Positions 39,691-51,374 are shown, counted from the stretch's first letter. The stretch: 64,000 nt of DNA from Octopus bimaculoides (GCF_001194135.2 NC_068997.1:54495884-54559883); one strand, 5' to 3'. The notes: generated by a model from the letters alone, not told the origin. Translations and numbers: made by a program.

Positions 39691-41084
39691 GCCTAAGCTT
39701 ATTTCTTTACTGATTTTCACTTTATTTCTTCGCTATTTTCTGTTTTTTACTTCCATAATATTAACTATTTCTGATTCCGGCGCAAAGCCAGCAATGGAGA
39801 TGGGTTTGTCAATTCCATCGATCTCAGTATGTCACTTTACTTTGTCGATCGCTTATTGATGGAACTGTCCTCGGTAGAATTTGAACATATAACATACGAA
39901 GCCAGAAAACATACTGTAAGGCCATTTTATCCGACTCTAACGGTTCTACCAATCAGCACCTTTCCTTTCCACTTGAATAAATTACCATCAGAATTAGATT
40001 CTAAGATCTTTTATTTATTTAAACTAAACGGAATCTTTCGTGAAATAAGCAAAGTTTGTGTTCCATGACAAGATTTAAGTTTTAGAGTTTCGGGCAGAAC
40101 TAAAACTGTCTTTTGCCAACTCAGACCATTATTAGCTTCTTCAAATACTGGAATTATTTCTTCCTTTTTCTTTGTCTTTATTTTTTTTTTTTTCTCTTTG
40201 CAATTTATTAAACCGATATACATTTGTAGATAACAATTCAAGAATGAAAATTTCACAAAGAACTGTCTGATAAGAATGCAACCATGCATCTTGTGAAGTA
40301 TGAACAGAGAGAAAAATGAAGAAACAGACAAGAGTATAATAGAAGAGTTTGGCAAAAAGAGGAAGATTACACGTCTGTGTAAACAGAAAAACACCATGCG
40401 ACCCGGAGGTAATAAGTACAAACATTAGATTTTACTCTAAATAAAAAAAAAGAATGCAAAAACTAACTACAACGACGAGATATTTGATTAAAAACTAAAA
40501 ACAGACAGAAGAAAATAAAATTAACAAGTGCTAAAGGAGTTAGAGATTGTTGAAATATATCTTACGAACACACAAGCAAAAAAAAAAATTGCGCTTAATT
40601 CTTATTTAGAAAGAAGTGTTTTTTTTTTATGAAATGAAGACGTTTTACTTTGAAACGACTATATTTAGTTTCCTTCTTTCCCATCGTTTCCTCCATTTTA
40701 ATAATGGTGCTTATTTTATTATACTTAACGTCCAGTCATCTTAAGCCAACTGACCAATCCCTAACCGGCAATACTTGATACCAAATACACTTCCGCGTTC
40801 GTGTATGTGTGCGTATTCGAGTGAGTGAGTGAATGTGCTTGTATGTGTAGGTATATGCTTGTGTATATGCTTGTGTGAGTATATGTTTGTTTATATATGC
40901 ATATACATTTGTGTGTGCGTGTGTATGTGTGTGCGTACGTGTGTGCGTGTGCGTGTGCGTGTGTATGTGTGCGTGAGTATGTGCGTGCGCATGTGTGTGT
41001 GTGCATGTGTGTGTTTGTTCAATTTCCTTTCTTTTTCCTCTTATAATTTCCGTGTTTTGCTTCTCTGCACTCTATTATTATCAT

Positions 41085-41141
41085 TATTATTGTTACTATT
41101 ATTATTATTATGATTATTATTATCATTATTATTATTATTAT

Positions 41142-41179
<38 letters not shown>

Positions 41180-41216
41180 ATTGTTGTTGTTGTTGTTGTT
41201 GTTGCTGCTGCTGCTG
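41085..41216. repeat. Compound (TTA)(TAG)(TTG)(CTG) microsatellite about 220 bp upstream of the LRR start codon
   Basis: Directly visible. Confidence 0.95.
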
Positions 41217-41368
41217 TTGAACTAGCAGCCCTGGCCAAACGCAAAAAAAAAAAGAAAAAAGAAGAAAGTCAGAGTAAAGTGAGTAGCACTGGAACTCGAG
41301 GTTATTCTCCTTAACAAACCAATTAAACAGAGGAGGAGGTTATGTAGTTGGTGGTCAGGTTAAATCTT

Positions 41369-41408
41369 TATAAATAAAACCTCTCACTTGATTACAGAAT
41401 CTATCAGT
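41369..41408 (+). promoter_or_regulatory. Candidate core promoter (TATAAA 41369-41374, Inr-like TCAGT 41404-41408) or splice acceptor (ctctcacttgattacAG, 41397) for the LRR gene
   Basis: Motif matches only; the TATA-Inr spacing of ~37 nt is longer than typical. Confidence 0.3.
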
Positions 41409-41433
41409 GTACAACAAAAAGCCACCAGCCGTC

Positions 41434-43788
41434 ATGCGCCTGTATTTCTGGAGAATTTTTACGCTGTTTTCTGCGATAGTGCTGCCACAGTGTGCAATCA
41501 GCCTTGGCTGCCCTTTGAAATGTTCCTGTCACGGAAATATAGTCGATTGTATCGGTGCCAATTTATCCTTTGTTCCTTTAAATATACCAATAGACACAAA
41601 ATATTTAAATCTAGATAACAATAATATTCAAAGTTTGGAAAGCACGCCATTCCAAAATCTGAAAATGCTTACGCGTTTATCGTTGCGTGACAATCAGATT
41701 TCTTCGATTGATGAGAAGACATTTAAAGAACTGCCTCAACTGTCTGCGTTATACTTACAACGGAATTATTTGCATTCTTTGAATCCTGGTACTTTTTCAG
41801 GAGCTTCGAATCTTCGTGATTTGGATTTGTCCAGAAATACACTATCAGATATAAACGGAATATTCAAAAATCTTACCAATTTACAAAACTTGTATATTTC
41901 CGAAAATTTCATTCGTCATCTCGACGAAAACAGTTTTCGAGACCAAGTTCACCTAAAACTATTAGAACTTAGCAAGAATTTGCTGAAAAAGCTTAATTTG
42001 AAAGCATTTCAGAATTTGAAAAGTTTATCGATATTGAAAGTTGATCAAAATAAGATTGACGGTATTAGCGAATCTCTTCCCGATGGAATTCCTCTCCAGA
42101 TGTTGGATTTATCTAGATGCGAAATGCGGATATTTCCTTCAAAAATGCCAAAGACTGTACAATATTTAAATTTGGGTATGAACAAGCTGATATCGATCTC
42201 ACGAGATAATCTCAAGAATCTGACTTTCTTAAAAATGTTGATACTTGATAATAGCAGAATAAATTATATAGAAGATAAGGCTTTCGGCGGATTAACAAAT
42301 CTTCAGGAACTGTGGCTGAATCACAACGCAATTTCAATGTTTCCCAAATATTTACCACCTTCCTTAACATCATTAGTGCTAGACTATAATAAGATCAAGG
42401 AAATACCTCCGAGTACTTTTCCCGAAAATTCGGCCTTGCAGACAATTTCATTACAAGGCAATAATTTGAATAACATAAGCGAGGACGCATTTGTGGACTT
42501 GCAAAATCTTAAGGAACTAATACTCGATGACAATCATCTTGTACAAATCCAGGACCGTGCTTTTTCTAGTTTGACGAATCTTGAAACGCTAACGTTAAGC
42601 AGATGTCCTCTCCGGGTTATAAAAAAGGATGCATTTAAAGGATTAACGAAACTGAAACAACTGTACATGACTTTCGTACAAGAACCAGCGATTGAAATTG
42701 AAGACTTCGCTGTGAATTTACCTTCTCTGGAAATACTGGATATTCAGTCAAGCCCATCTTTAATTGAAAATATTACCAATTCAGAATCATTTTTATTGGT
42801 TCTGAATCAAACAGCCACGGGACTAAAAGAATTCAATATCATGAATGGCCATCTTACCACATTGTCAACATCTGTCAGAACATATCTGTCGGGGGTAAGA
42901 ATCATGAAAATAGCCGGAAATCTCTGGTTTTGTGACGAAGAACTTATTACCCTTTATAAATGGCTAGCAACAGAACCAGATCAATTTATACAAAGAGATC
43001 AAATTACTTGTGTTCTGCCGAAATACCTACGAGGTGTTCCCATACATAATTTAACTACGGAAGAATTTGTTGAAATGGCGGCCTTGAGAAAAATTAAAAA
43101 AGATCCTGCTGAATTTTTAAATTTCGTTGAAACTTACGAGGAACGAATAATAGTAAAGGATGTGGGTGACACGTCAAGTAACGAAGCCAATGAAATATTC
43201 TACAAGATGACCGAGTATTGTCCAATAAATAACGAAGAAATCGCTATTACAGATGACTATCGTTTCAGTGGGGAGCAAAGCGCAACGTCACCGTTTCGTC
43301 ACAACATAATCGAATTCGAGACCAAAGATTCAAACTATATGGAACGAAATAGTTCAAAAATCAATAACAATTATGCGAGTGCTTCTGAACAGACTAAAAT
43401 TGAATCAACACAAAATTCAAATACCAAAGTTGCCAAAAGCTACGAAGTTGTAACACAAACAAAGACAAGCAACAAACCAAGCGTACATATGAAACATTAC
43501 GACTTCACTTCTTTTTCTTCTTCCTCTCTAGATATGTCGACAAACTTATTAAAAACAAGAATTTTTAATGTAGACGAACAATCGCCCTCTGTTACAATAG
43601 AAGGGACTACCACCATATCAGATAGCCCGCCACAGAACGAAACACCCCACTATTTGAAAATATGGGCGGCAGCCGCTTCCATAACTACCATGGGTATTTC
43701 CTTAGCAACTGGCTCTTTGTTCTATTTTGTCCTCCGTTTTAGACGGAGAAAATCACAGACTAGAAATAATCAACAGCATTGTATATAA
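41434..43788 (+). CDS. Intronless leucine-rich-repeat type I transmembrane protein (784 aa): signal peptide, LRRNT, ~18-19 LRRs, LRRCT, Ser/Thr-rich stalk, TM helix, 17-aa cytoplasmic tail; no TIR, Ig or FN3 domain
   Basis: First in-frame ATG at 41434 (gccgtcATG; the ORF track starts at a GTG 27 nt upstream). Signal-like MRLYFWRIFTLFSAIVLPQCAISLG; LRRNT CPLKCSCHGNIVDC; repeated LxxLxLxxNxI/L; LRRCT NLWFCD...ITCVLPKYLRG; hydrophobic IWAAAASITTMGISLATGSLFYFVL followed by RFRRRK; stop TAA 43786-43788. Confidence 0.95.
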   Translation: MRLYFWRIFTLFSAIVLPQCAISLGCPLKCSCHGNIVDCIGANLSFVPLNIPIDTKYLNLDNNNIQSLESTPFQNLKMLTRLSLRDNQISSIDEKTFKELPQLSALYLQRNYLHSLNPGTFSGASNLRDLDLSRNTLSDINGIFKNLTNLQNLYISENFIRHLDENSFRDQVHLKLLELSKNLLKKLNLKAFQNLKSLSILKVDQNKIDGISESLPDGIPLQMLDLSRCEMRIFPSKMPKTVQYLNLGMNKLISISRDNLKNLTFLKMLILDNSRINYIEDKAFGGLTNLQELWLNHNAISMFPKYLPPSLTSLVLDYNKIKEIPPSTFPENSALQTISLQGNNLNNISEDAFVDLQNLKELILDDNHLVQIQDRAFSSLTNLETLTLSRCPLRVIKKDAFKGLTKLKQLYMTFVQEPAIEIEDFAVNLPSLEILDIQSSPSLIENITNSESFLLVLNQTATGLKEFNIMNGHLTTLSTSVRTYLSGVRIMKIAGNLWFCDEELITLYKWLATEPDQFIQRDQITCVLPKYLRGVPIHNLTTEEFVEMAALRKIKKDPAEFLNFVETYEERIIVKDVGDTSSNEANEIFYKMTEYCPINNEEIAITDDYRFSGEQSATSPFRHNIIEFETKDSNYMERNSSKINNNYASASEQTKIESTQNSNTKVAKSYEVVTQTKTSNKPSVHMKHYDFTSFSSSSLDMSTNLLKTRIFNVDEQSPSVTIEGTTTISDSPPQNETPHYLKIWAAAASITTMGISLATGSLFYFVLRFRRRKSQTRNNQQHCI

Positions 43789-44213
43789 CAAGGAAATAAC
43801 AGTAACTTTAGGTAATTTTTTTTTTCTAATTTGTATCTTTATTTTCCCCCACCGTTTCAAGGGGATAACTGTAAATAACTTCGTTCTTTTAACATATGCT
43901 GAGTGTTTCCATTTGGTGATTGTTTTTATTTTTATTTTTATTTTTTGTTTTTACATTCACATCTTCCATCAACACATATTATTAATGATGAAATATTTCT
44001 TGTCTCAACCATTATATTTTATTTTGCTCGTCTCATTGTTTCATGTTTGTCATTTACCAGCGTTAATTCTAGGGATTTCTTAAGCAATTATTTTCATACT
44101 TTATCCATCGTAACCATTTCAGAAAAAAATGTGTCCTCAAGCCCCAATTATGTGTGTATACGCACGCGCACATACACACATACATACATGTTTAGTGTGT
44201 GTGTGCAAGTGTA

Positions 44214-44275
<62 letters not shown>

Positions 44276-44469
44276 GTACGTATGTATATAAGCATGCATG
44301 CATGCATGTCTTTACAATTTGTCTTAACATCTGTAAATTCTCCGTAATTTTCACAATGAACCATCTTGAAATTACCGTACTTCATTCTATTACCCATTAA
44401 CTAAAAACAGTCGGTAATTATTGGACCCACGATTACTTTTATGTGTTTAACATTCATTTATCATTCCCT

Positions 44470-44858
44470 CGTCACATCGCTCAGTGGCTAGATCGTCGGG
44501 CTCACAATCACGAGGTAGTGAGTTCGATTCCCTGACCGGGCTGTGTGTTGTGTTCTTGAGCAAGACACTTTATATTACATTGCTCCAGTTCACTCAGCTG
44601 TAGAAATGAGTTGCGACATCACTGGTACCAAGCTGTATCGACCTTTGCCTTTCCCGTGGATAACATCGGTAGCATGGAGAGGGGANNNNNNNNNNTTTCC
44701 CGTGGATAACATCGGTAGCATGGAGAGGGGAGGCTGGTATGGATGGGTACTAGCTGGTCTTCCATACGCAAACTTGCCTTGACTTGTACCTCGGAGGGTA
44801 ACTTTCTAGGTGCAACCCTATGGGTCATTCATGACCGAAGGGGGTCTTTGCATCTTTA
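44470..44858 (+). mobile_element. CORE-like SINE, full length
   Basis: gctcagtggctag..gagttcgattccctgaccggg head; gttgtgttcttgagcaagacacttt core; gaccgaagggggtcttt end; overlap duplicated across a 10-N gap. Confidence 0.9.
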
Positions 44859-45102
44859 CTCAATTATTACCTCGTTTATATACGACCTGGTTCCTGACAT
44901 TGATGGTAACCAGAGCGTATCAAAAAATGTAGAAGTGTATTGAAATAGTGTAAATATTAAATATATACATAAAATGAACTAAACAGCAGCTTATTCTTCC
45001 GTAATGTCTGTACGAGTAAGTCACTGCTACATGAGGCTGTATAAGCCATTTACATATTCTTTCTCCTATAGGCTTAAGAGCTGAAGTGTTTGATGGGAGA
45101 CA

Positions 45103-45265
45103 GGGTCAGTCGGCTACATAGAGCCTCAGTGTTCGACTGGTACTTATTTTATTGTGCTCGAAAGAATGAAAGGCAACGTCGACCTCGGTGGTATTTGAAC
45201 TCAGAACTTAAAGCTGGAAGTAATGCCGCTATTTTGTCCAGCATGTTTCCGCCAGCTCGCCGCCT
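45103..45265 (-). mobile_element. SINE family A
   Basis: gactggtacttatt..gaatgaaaggcaacgtcgacctcggtggtatttgaactcagaac..ccgccagctcgccgcct. Confidence 0.8.
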
Positions 45266-45719
45266 GAAGTCACGTATATATTAGACTATATACGTTTTGC
45301 TATATTAGATTATATAAATCACAACACATATCTTAGACTGTGTAAGTCACTGCTATGTTACACTAATACATTAGGCTTTAGACTAATGTTACGCTTGAAT
45401 TAGAGATTTACATCTGATCCAAAGCAGGGCCTAGAAATATGACAATCAAGCACACGACTTCTAGAATCGTCTCGACGAGATCTTTAAGTGTTCTAACAAG
45501 CCATTTGAAAACAATCATCAGTAATTTAATTGTTCACCCACGTGATATATCCATGTTAATGACACAGTATGTTTATATATTTATTCGTCATGCTCTACCG
45601 ATTCTTTCAGTAAAGAAAGAGATGTCTTTGAAATAATATGCGATGTGCTATTTATCGGACAACCGTGTTTTATGTTTAACTGAGTCGACAATTACAAGTC
45701 GTGTCTGCGAAAGAGAAAC

Positions 45720-46140
45720 AGCGACGAGCTGTTTCTGAGCAATATAAGAAACGCCTAGGAGTATCTCGGCAGTACAGGCAACTACAAGTTGTGGCTAGCA
45801 GGCTGGTCAACTAAGTGCAATGTCGGGACTTTGTCTGGTAGTACAGACAACGCCTAGATACATCTAGGTGCTGCAAACATCTATAATTTGTATCAAAGGT
45901 AGTACAGACAGCTACAAGTTATATTTGAGTAGCACAGACGAAGCCTAGACTATGTTGAGGCTTCGAACAACGGAAGCTGTGTGTGAGCTGTGCACATAAC
46001 CTACCTCAGGATAGTGCAAACAATGATAGACTGCGACTGAACACTGCAGGCAATGCCTACAACTACCTCGGCACTGCAGACAGTCAGAGATTATGTCTGG
46101 ACAATCAGACATCTACAGACGATGTTTAGGCAGTCCCACG
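45720..46140. repeat. Degenerate ~30-bp tandem array (about 13 units)
   Basis: Units such as AACGCCTAGGAGTATCTCGGCAGTACAGGC (45750), AACGCCTAGATACATCTAGGTGCTGCAAAC (45849), AGCTACAAGTTATATTTGAGTAGCACAGAC (45910), AATGCCTACAACTACCTCGGCACTGCAGAC (46052). Confidence 0.75.
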
Positions 46141-46283
46141 TGACTTCAACCTCAGACATTTCATTGAAATGTGTGATTGACTAAACAATATCAGTACCGC
46201 CAATAAAGTAATGAGAAGGACTCCGTTAAGAAACCTAGTTTTCTGAAGGTTGTTGCATATTGCCAAGATAAATCATCATCATC

Positions 46284-46322
<39 letters not shown>

Positions 46323-46526
46323 CATCATCATCATCATCATCGCCGTCGTCATCGTCATTGTTGCTATAACTAGCATTTGTATAACTAAGACGTCCTCAGA
46401 TGCTTTTAAGTTCTCAGTCCTCGGGTTTTCCACTTCGCCTTTTCATTTCACAAAAATTAAAATGTCATTCAGATATTGGAGAAGATTAACTTGCCTATAT
46501 TCCCCCATCTCCGTACCACCACCCAA

Positions 46527-46559
<33 letters not shown>

Positions 46560-48034
46560 TAAATCACTCTTGTCTTTTCCTTTGTGAATTCTGGAAACCG
46601 GTGAGGAACACTTCACCAATATACTCGCCATACTGCCAGTTGCATGAAAAAACTTGGAGAGGAAACACGAGGAGACTCCCTCGCTCTTATTTAACGTCAA
46701 GGGGTGATTTTGAGAGACAATAGGCTGCTCTTTCCAGCGGTTCGATAGATCAGTTTAAGCGCTGATTGCCAACTATTTTTTACTACCACGGACATGTTAT
46801 ATTTAAATCATCTTTTACTTGGATGAAAGGCTTTCGAAAAGTTTGCCTATTCAACAAAGCTTGACGACTCCCTATATTTCTTTGTCAAGTCTCGTTTTGG
46901 GAAGCAGTTTCAGGCTCCCTTGTTGACTCGTGTTTTTGTCGTTATTACTATTGTATTACTGTCATATTATTGATGTTTGTTAAAAATCGATGATACCATG
47001 ACTACTAACACAACTATTTCTAAGCAAGTAATAACTGCTTCATTTGGTTCCCATTCCAATTAGTACTGTCGTGTTTTCATTATATTTATTTATTCGCTTG
47101 ATAATTATTTCTTCATACATTAACTAACTATTACTAAAATATTTAATGAGTTGTCTTTTATTTTGTAGTATGTGTAGTGTATTTATTGTAGTTTTCTTAA
47201 ATTTTACCCTTCATCCCATGCACTGAGTTCTATCAAATTGCAAGAAGAGTCGAGCGAATTGAACAAAACTTAACTTGCACCGCATACACAATTCCCTTAC
47301 AAAATATTTCCCCCCTTTATCTAAATAATTGTTATTCATATCATTTTGAAATGATATTTCTGTTACAATTAAATGGAATTCAAATCAATGTTTTGTTATA
47401 ACGGATTGCAACACGAAATAACTATTATTAAAGAAAAAAAAAAAAAATTCAAGAAAAAGAGTGAGAGTGAGTGAGAGAGTGAGAGTGAGAGAGAGAGTGA
47501 GAGTGAGAGAGAGAGAGAGAGAGAGATTTTTTGTTGCTTCCCAGTTTTTTCTTTCTTTTCTCTTCGTTAAAAAATATATTTGATATAAATTGACAAATTC
47601 TTATTTTTCGACAGATTTTAGACAATTTTTTTCTCTATTACATATATTATTGAGCGTTCTATTTTTATATGGAAATTACTTTTTGACTCGTGTGTGGAAT
47701 TGGTAAATAACTGTGCTGAGATTGGACTGTTATAGGAAATGTTTCAATAAAATACTGTCTTTTGTTTCTGTAATATAATTTACAATAAAATGAAAAATTC
47801 AACAATAAAAGAAAGAAAAACAAACATATCTTCGTTTGTTTGTTTTTGTTTTTCAATGACAATTTGTGTATGATATAAACTTTGTATATACCAATTTACA
47901 TTATATATTTATAACTACTTTATATGTCATTATATGCTATGTTATATATTTATACTATGTTATAAGTTTGTTATGTTTGTATACTATGCTATGTTGTACA
48001 TGTATACCGTTATTATATGTTAATATGTTATGTT

Positions 48035-48250
48035 AAAGGTGGCGAGCTGGCAGAATCGTTAGCACGCCAGGCGAAACGCTTATCGGTATTTTGTCTGTCG
48101 TTACGTTCCGAGTTCAAGTTCCGCCGTGGTCGACTTTGCCTTTCATCCTTTCGGGGTCGATGAATTAAGTATCAATTGCGTACTGGGGTCGATCTAATCG
48201 ACTGGGACCCTCTTCCCAAATTTCGGGCCTTGTTCTCAGAGTAGAAAAGA
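48035..48250 (+). mobile_element. SINE family A, near-consensus full copy
   Basis: ggtggcgagctggcagaatcgttagcacgcc..ttccgagttcaagttccgccgtggtcgactttgcctttcatcctttcggggtcgat..tttcgggccttgttctcagagtagaaaag. Confidence 0.92.
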
Positions 48251-48594
48251 ATCGTTAGCACACCGGGCGTTTCGTCCGTCTTTACGTTCTGAGTTCAAAT
48301 TCCACGAGGTCCACTTTGCCTTTCAGGGGTGGATACATTATAGAGGCTATTGTCAAGATAAAAGAAATTATGAAACGAACACAAGACACTGCACATCCTC
48401 AACGCCTTCAAGAAATCAGCAATGTAGTGTTGTATAGACACAAATAATAATAATAATAATAATAATAATAATCCGGATTGTGCTCGAAAAATAAGGAGTG
48501 TTACCTTAAGTTCACTACTGATTGTGAACAGCTGACACTGTAGTACATCTCCAGCGTTAGAAGCTGTGCAAAGACAATAAATAATAATAATGAT

Positions 48595-48935
48595 AATGGC
48601 TTCAAATTTTGCCACAAGGGCAGCAATTTTGGGGGAGGGGGTGAGTCGATTACATCAACACCAGTGTTCAAATGGTACTTATTTTATCGACCCTGAAAGG
48701 ATGAAAGGCAAAGTCGACCTCAGTGGAATTTGACTTCAGAACGTAAAGGCGGATGAAATGCCGCTAAGCATTTTACCCGCAGTGCTAACGATTCTGCCAG
48801 CTCGCCGCCTTAAAAGATTACATCGACGCCAGTACTCGACTGATACTTATTTTATCGATCCCGAAAGGATGAAAAACAAAGTCGACCTCGGCAGTATTTG
48901 AACTCAGACCGTGAAAGTGAACAAAATGCCGTTCA
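48595..48935 (-). mobile_element. Two tandem SINE family A copies (one full, one partial)
   Basis: atcgaccctgaaaggatgaaaggcaaagtcgacctc occurs twice; gattctgccagctcgccgcctt head. Confidence 0.9.
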
Positions 48936-48993
48936 GCAATTATAATGGTTTCAAATTTAGGCACAAAGCCAGCTAATATTAGCAGCAGTGGTT

Positions 48994-49132
48994 TCAAAGT
49001 CCACCGAGGTCGATTTTGCCTTTCATCCCATCGGGGCCAATAAAATAAGTACCAGCTGAATTCTGGGTCGATCTAATCGACTTCCTTTTCTCCGAAATTA
49101 CTGGCCTTGTGCCAAAATCTGAAATCAATATT
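48994..49132 (+). mobile_element. 5'-truncated SINE A flanked by a direct repeat (TSD)
   Basis: aatattagcagcagtggtt at 48975-48993 and 49127-49145. Confidence 0.8.
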
Positions 49133-49145
49133 AGCAGCAGTGGTT

Positions 49146-49184
<39 letters not shown>

Positions 49185-50040
49185 AACGTGAGTAGCAGTA
49201 ACCTTTAAACAAAAATACAATTATATTTGCAATTTGATTCTAGTTGTCGGAATTATTCAACGGGGTGGGGGAGGAGAAGGAAGGAAAGAAAGAAGAACAC
49301 ATAATTCTAAGTGGACAGCATCAGATGAAGTGAAAATGGTGAAACTGATTCCTGATGGCGGCGACCAGTTTTTAATGAACAGAGACACTTGACATGTGTG
49401 CAAGATGAGGATGTTATTCCGGGAAAATGGCTACCAACGTGTATCATGTTAATTTGTCTTGTCGGTAAAATAAAGACAAAACAAATGTACTTCAGTAGAA
49501 GGAAATTTTGATAAGCAGAAACAAATACACTCAGATTTTCGTCTACTTACAGCGCCAAAAAGAGAATTATAATAGCAAAGAAGGGAATTCCTAAATCTCT
49601 TAGAACTGAAATCAATAGGGGAATTATAATCTGGAGAATCTGAAATTCATCACTGAATGTCGTTTTATTTGGCTACTTTTCAAGTTGGACAGTAAAGCGT
49701 TTAACATTTCTAAAGATTGTATATCACGATAGGAGGATATTACAGGGGCATATTGTGTTTAATGATATCGATGGTATCACAGTAGATACCATGTAACTAT
49801 GTTATTGGCATGAGAGTCAGTAATATATCCATCTGTCGCAGACTGCTTTCGATACCAAATTCATTCTGGTGCTACATTCTACGTACATTCTTTTCCAGAA
49901 CCATTTATAAATGGAATAACATACATTTGGCTCAGACAAATCATGAAAAATTCTTTAACTAAAAGACTCTTGAAATGACACACATCGTCTGACAATCTTC
50001 CCAAATAGATTATGATTGAATTCGTGCGTGTGTCGTTAGC

Positions 50041-50091
<51 letters not shown>

Positions 50092-51374
50092 AAGAAAGAG
50101 AAAGGAAGAAAACGAACGAGAGAAAGAAAGTTCGATAGAAAGATGTATGTGAAATCTCGCTGTTTGCATTCCAGCATTTCATCAAAAGTGACCTGCAACT
50201 TATCAAATGTATCTGAAGCAGATAGATGTCAGCTTCAAATAACTGACCCGAAATCTCGATCGTTATGATTCCACTCTGATAACCGGCAGCAGACATTAGG
50301 AAAATGAGTTGAGTGAAAGTTCAGTGGGTAACTTTGACCGAAACTGCAACACTTCGACTAAAATATCTCGTGTCTGTCACCTTCACAAAGTGAAACAAGT
50401 TGACAGTGTGCTTAGTAATAAACAGTATCACTAAACTTTTAGACTATTCTAGAACACTGCAATATTTGGCTGGTCTTAGATGTGTCTGGCAAAATATATC
50501 ACAGAATGCAGTTCCAGTCTGGTTTAAAAAGATGAATTGCTGGGAGAAAATACTCAGTCACTTCATCAGTACGAGAAAATTATAGTCAAGTTATTCAAGT
50601 TAGAATTGACATAATTAAAGCAGTTCATATTGAAATGTTAAGCAGGCGCAGGTTGCGATGTGAAGTAGTTAAGTATTTCGCTTCGCAAATCGCGCAATTC
50701 CTAATTCAGACCCACAGCGCAATACCTTGGACAAACGGCTTGTATATATTGCATCGTAAGACTTCGGGAGAGAATTTGGTTGATGGAAACTATGTAGAAG
50801 TCTGTCACATATATGTGTATGTGTTTATATGTGTAGCACGACCATTGTACACATGATCAAGCCGTTCCTGTGTCATAGCAACGGCTTGATCATGTGTGCA
50901 CCTGATTTATTATCCAGTCAGATGCCAGACACCATGTGAAAGATGATGTAGGGGTAACAGCAGCGGCAGCAGCAGCAGCTGCAACAACAACAGCAGTGGG
51001 GCATTCATTTGATTAATGCTTGTTCTGTCTGGATACATTTGGAGAAGACTTGGAGTTTAGATGTTTGTGTCCAAACTGTGTGGTCTGAAGTTCAATAACA
51101 GTCTGCAGACATCTTGAGCAAGTGTCTTTTACTGCTTTAGGTCAACCGAGTGTAAATTAGACGGAAACTGTGTGGAAGCTTCTTGAAGTGACTCTTTCTG
51201 TTTTGGGGGTGATAGCCATAACCCTTCGTCCAGCCCACGACCTCAACCCTCTGGCCCTTTTGCCACACTTCAACAATATCAGCTCCTTGCAGACATTCAA
51301 AAAACCGTTTCTCTTTTCTCACAACTGCATTCCTTTCCTTCCCTTCTCCTCCAAGGCCCTGTTGAGTCATTGGT

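Noticed and set aside
43789-47900. Downstream TIR exon or second LRR paralogue
   Set aside because: No TIR-like or LRR-like coding signal is seen on either strand elsewhere in the window, so there is no evidence for a gene cluster here.
50036-50296. Minus-strand ORF with IITIEISGQLFEAD resembling a Kv/KCTD T1 domain start
   Set aside because: The similarity does not extend to the conserved downstream T1 motifs, and the ORF runs into a CA repeat.
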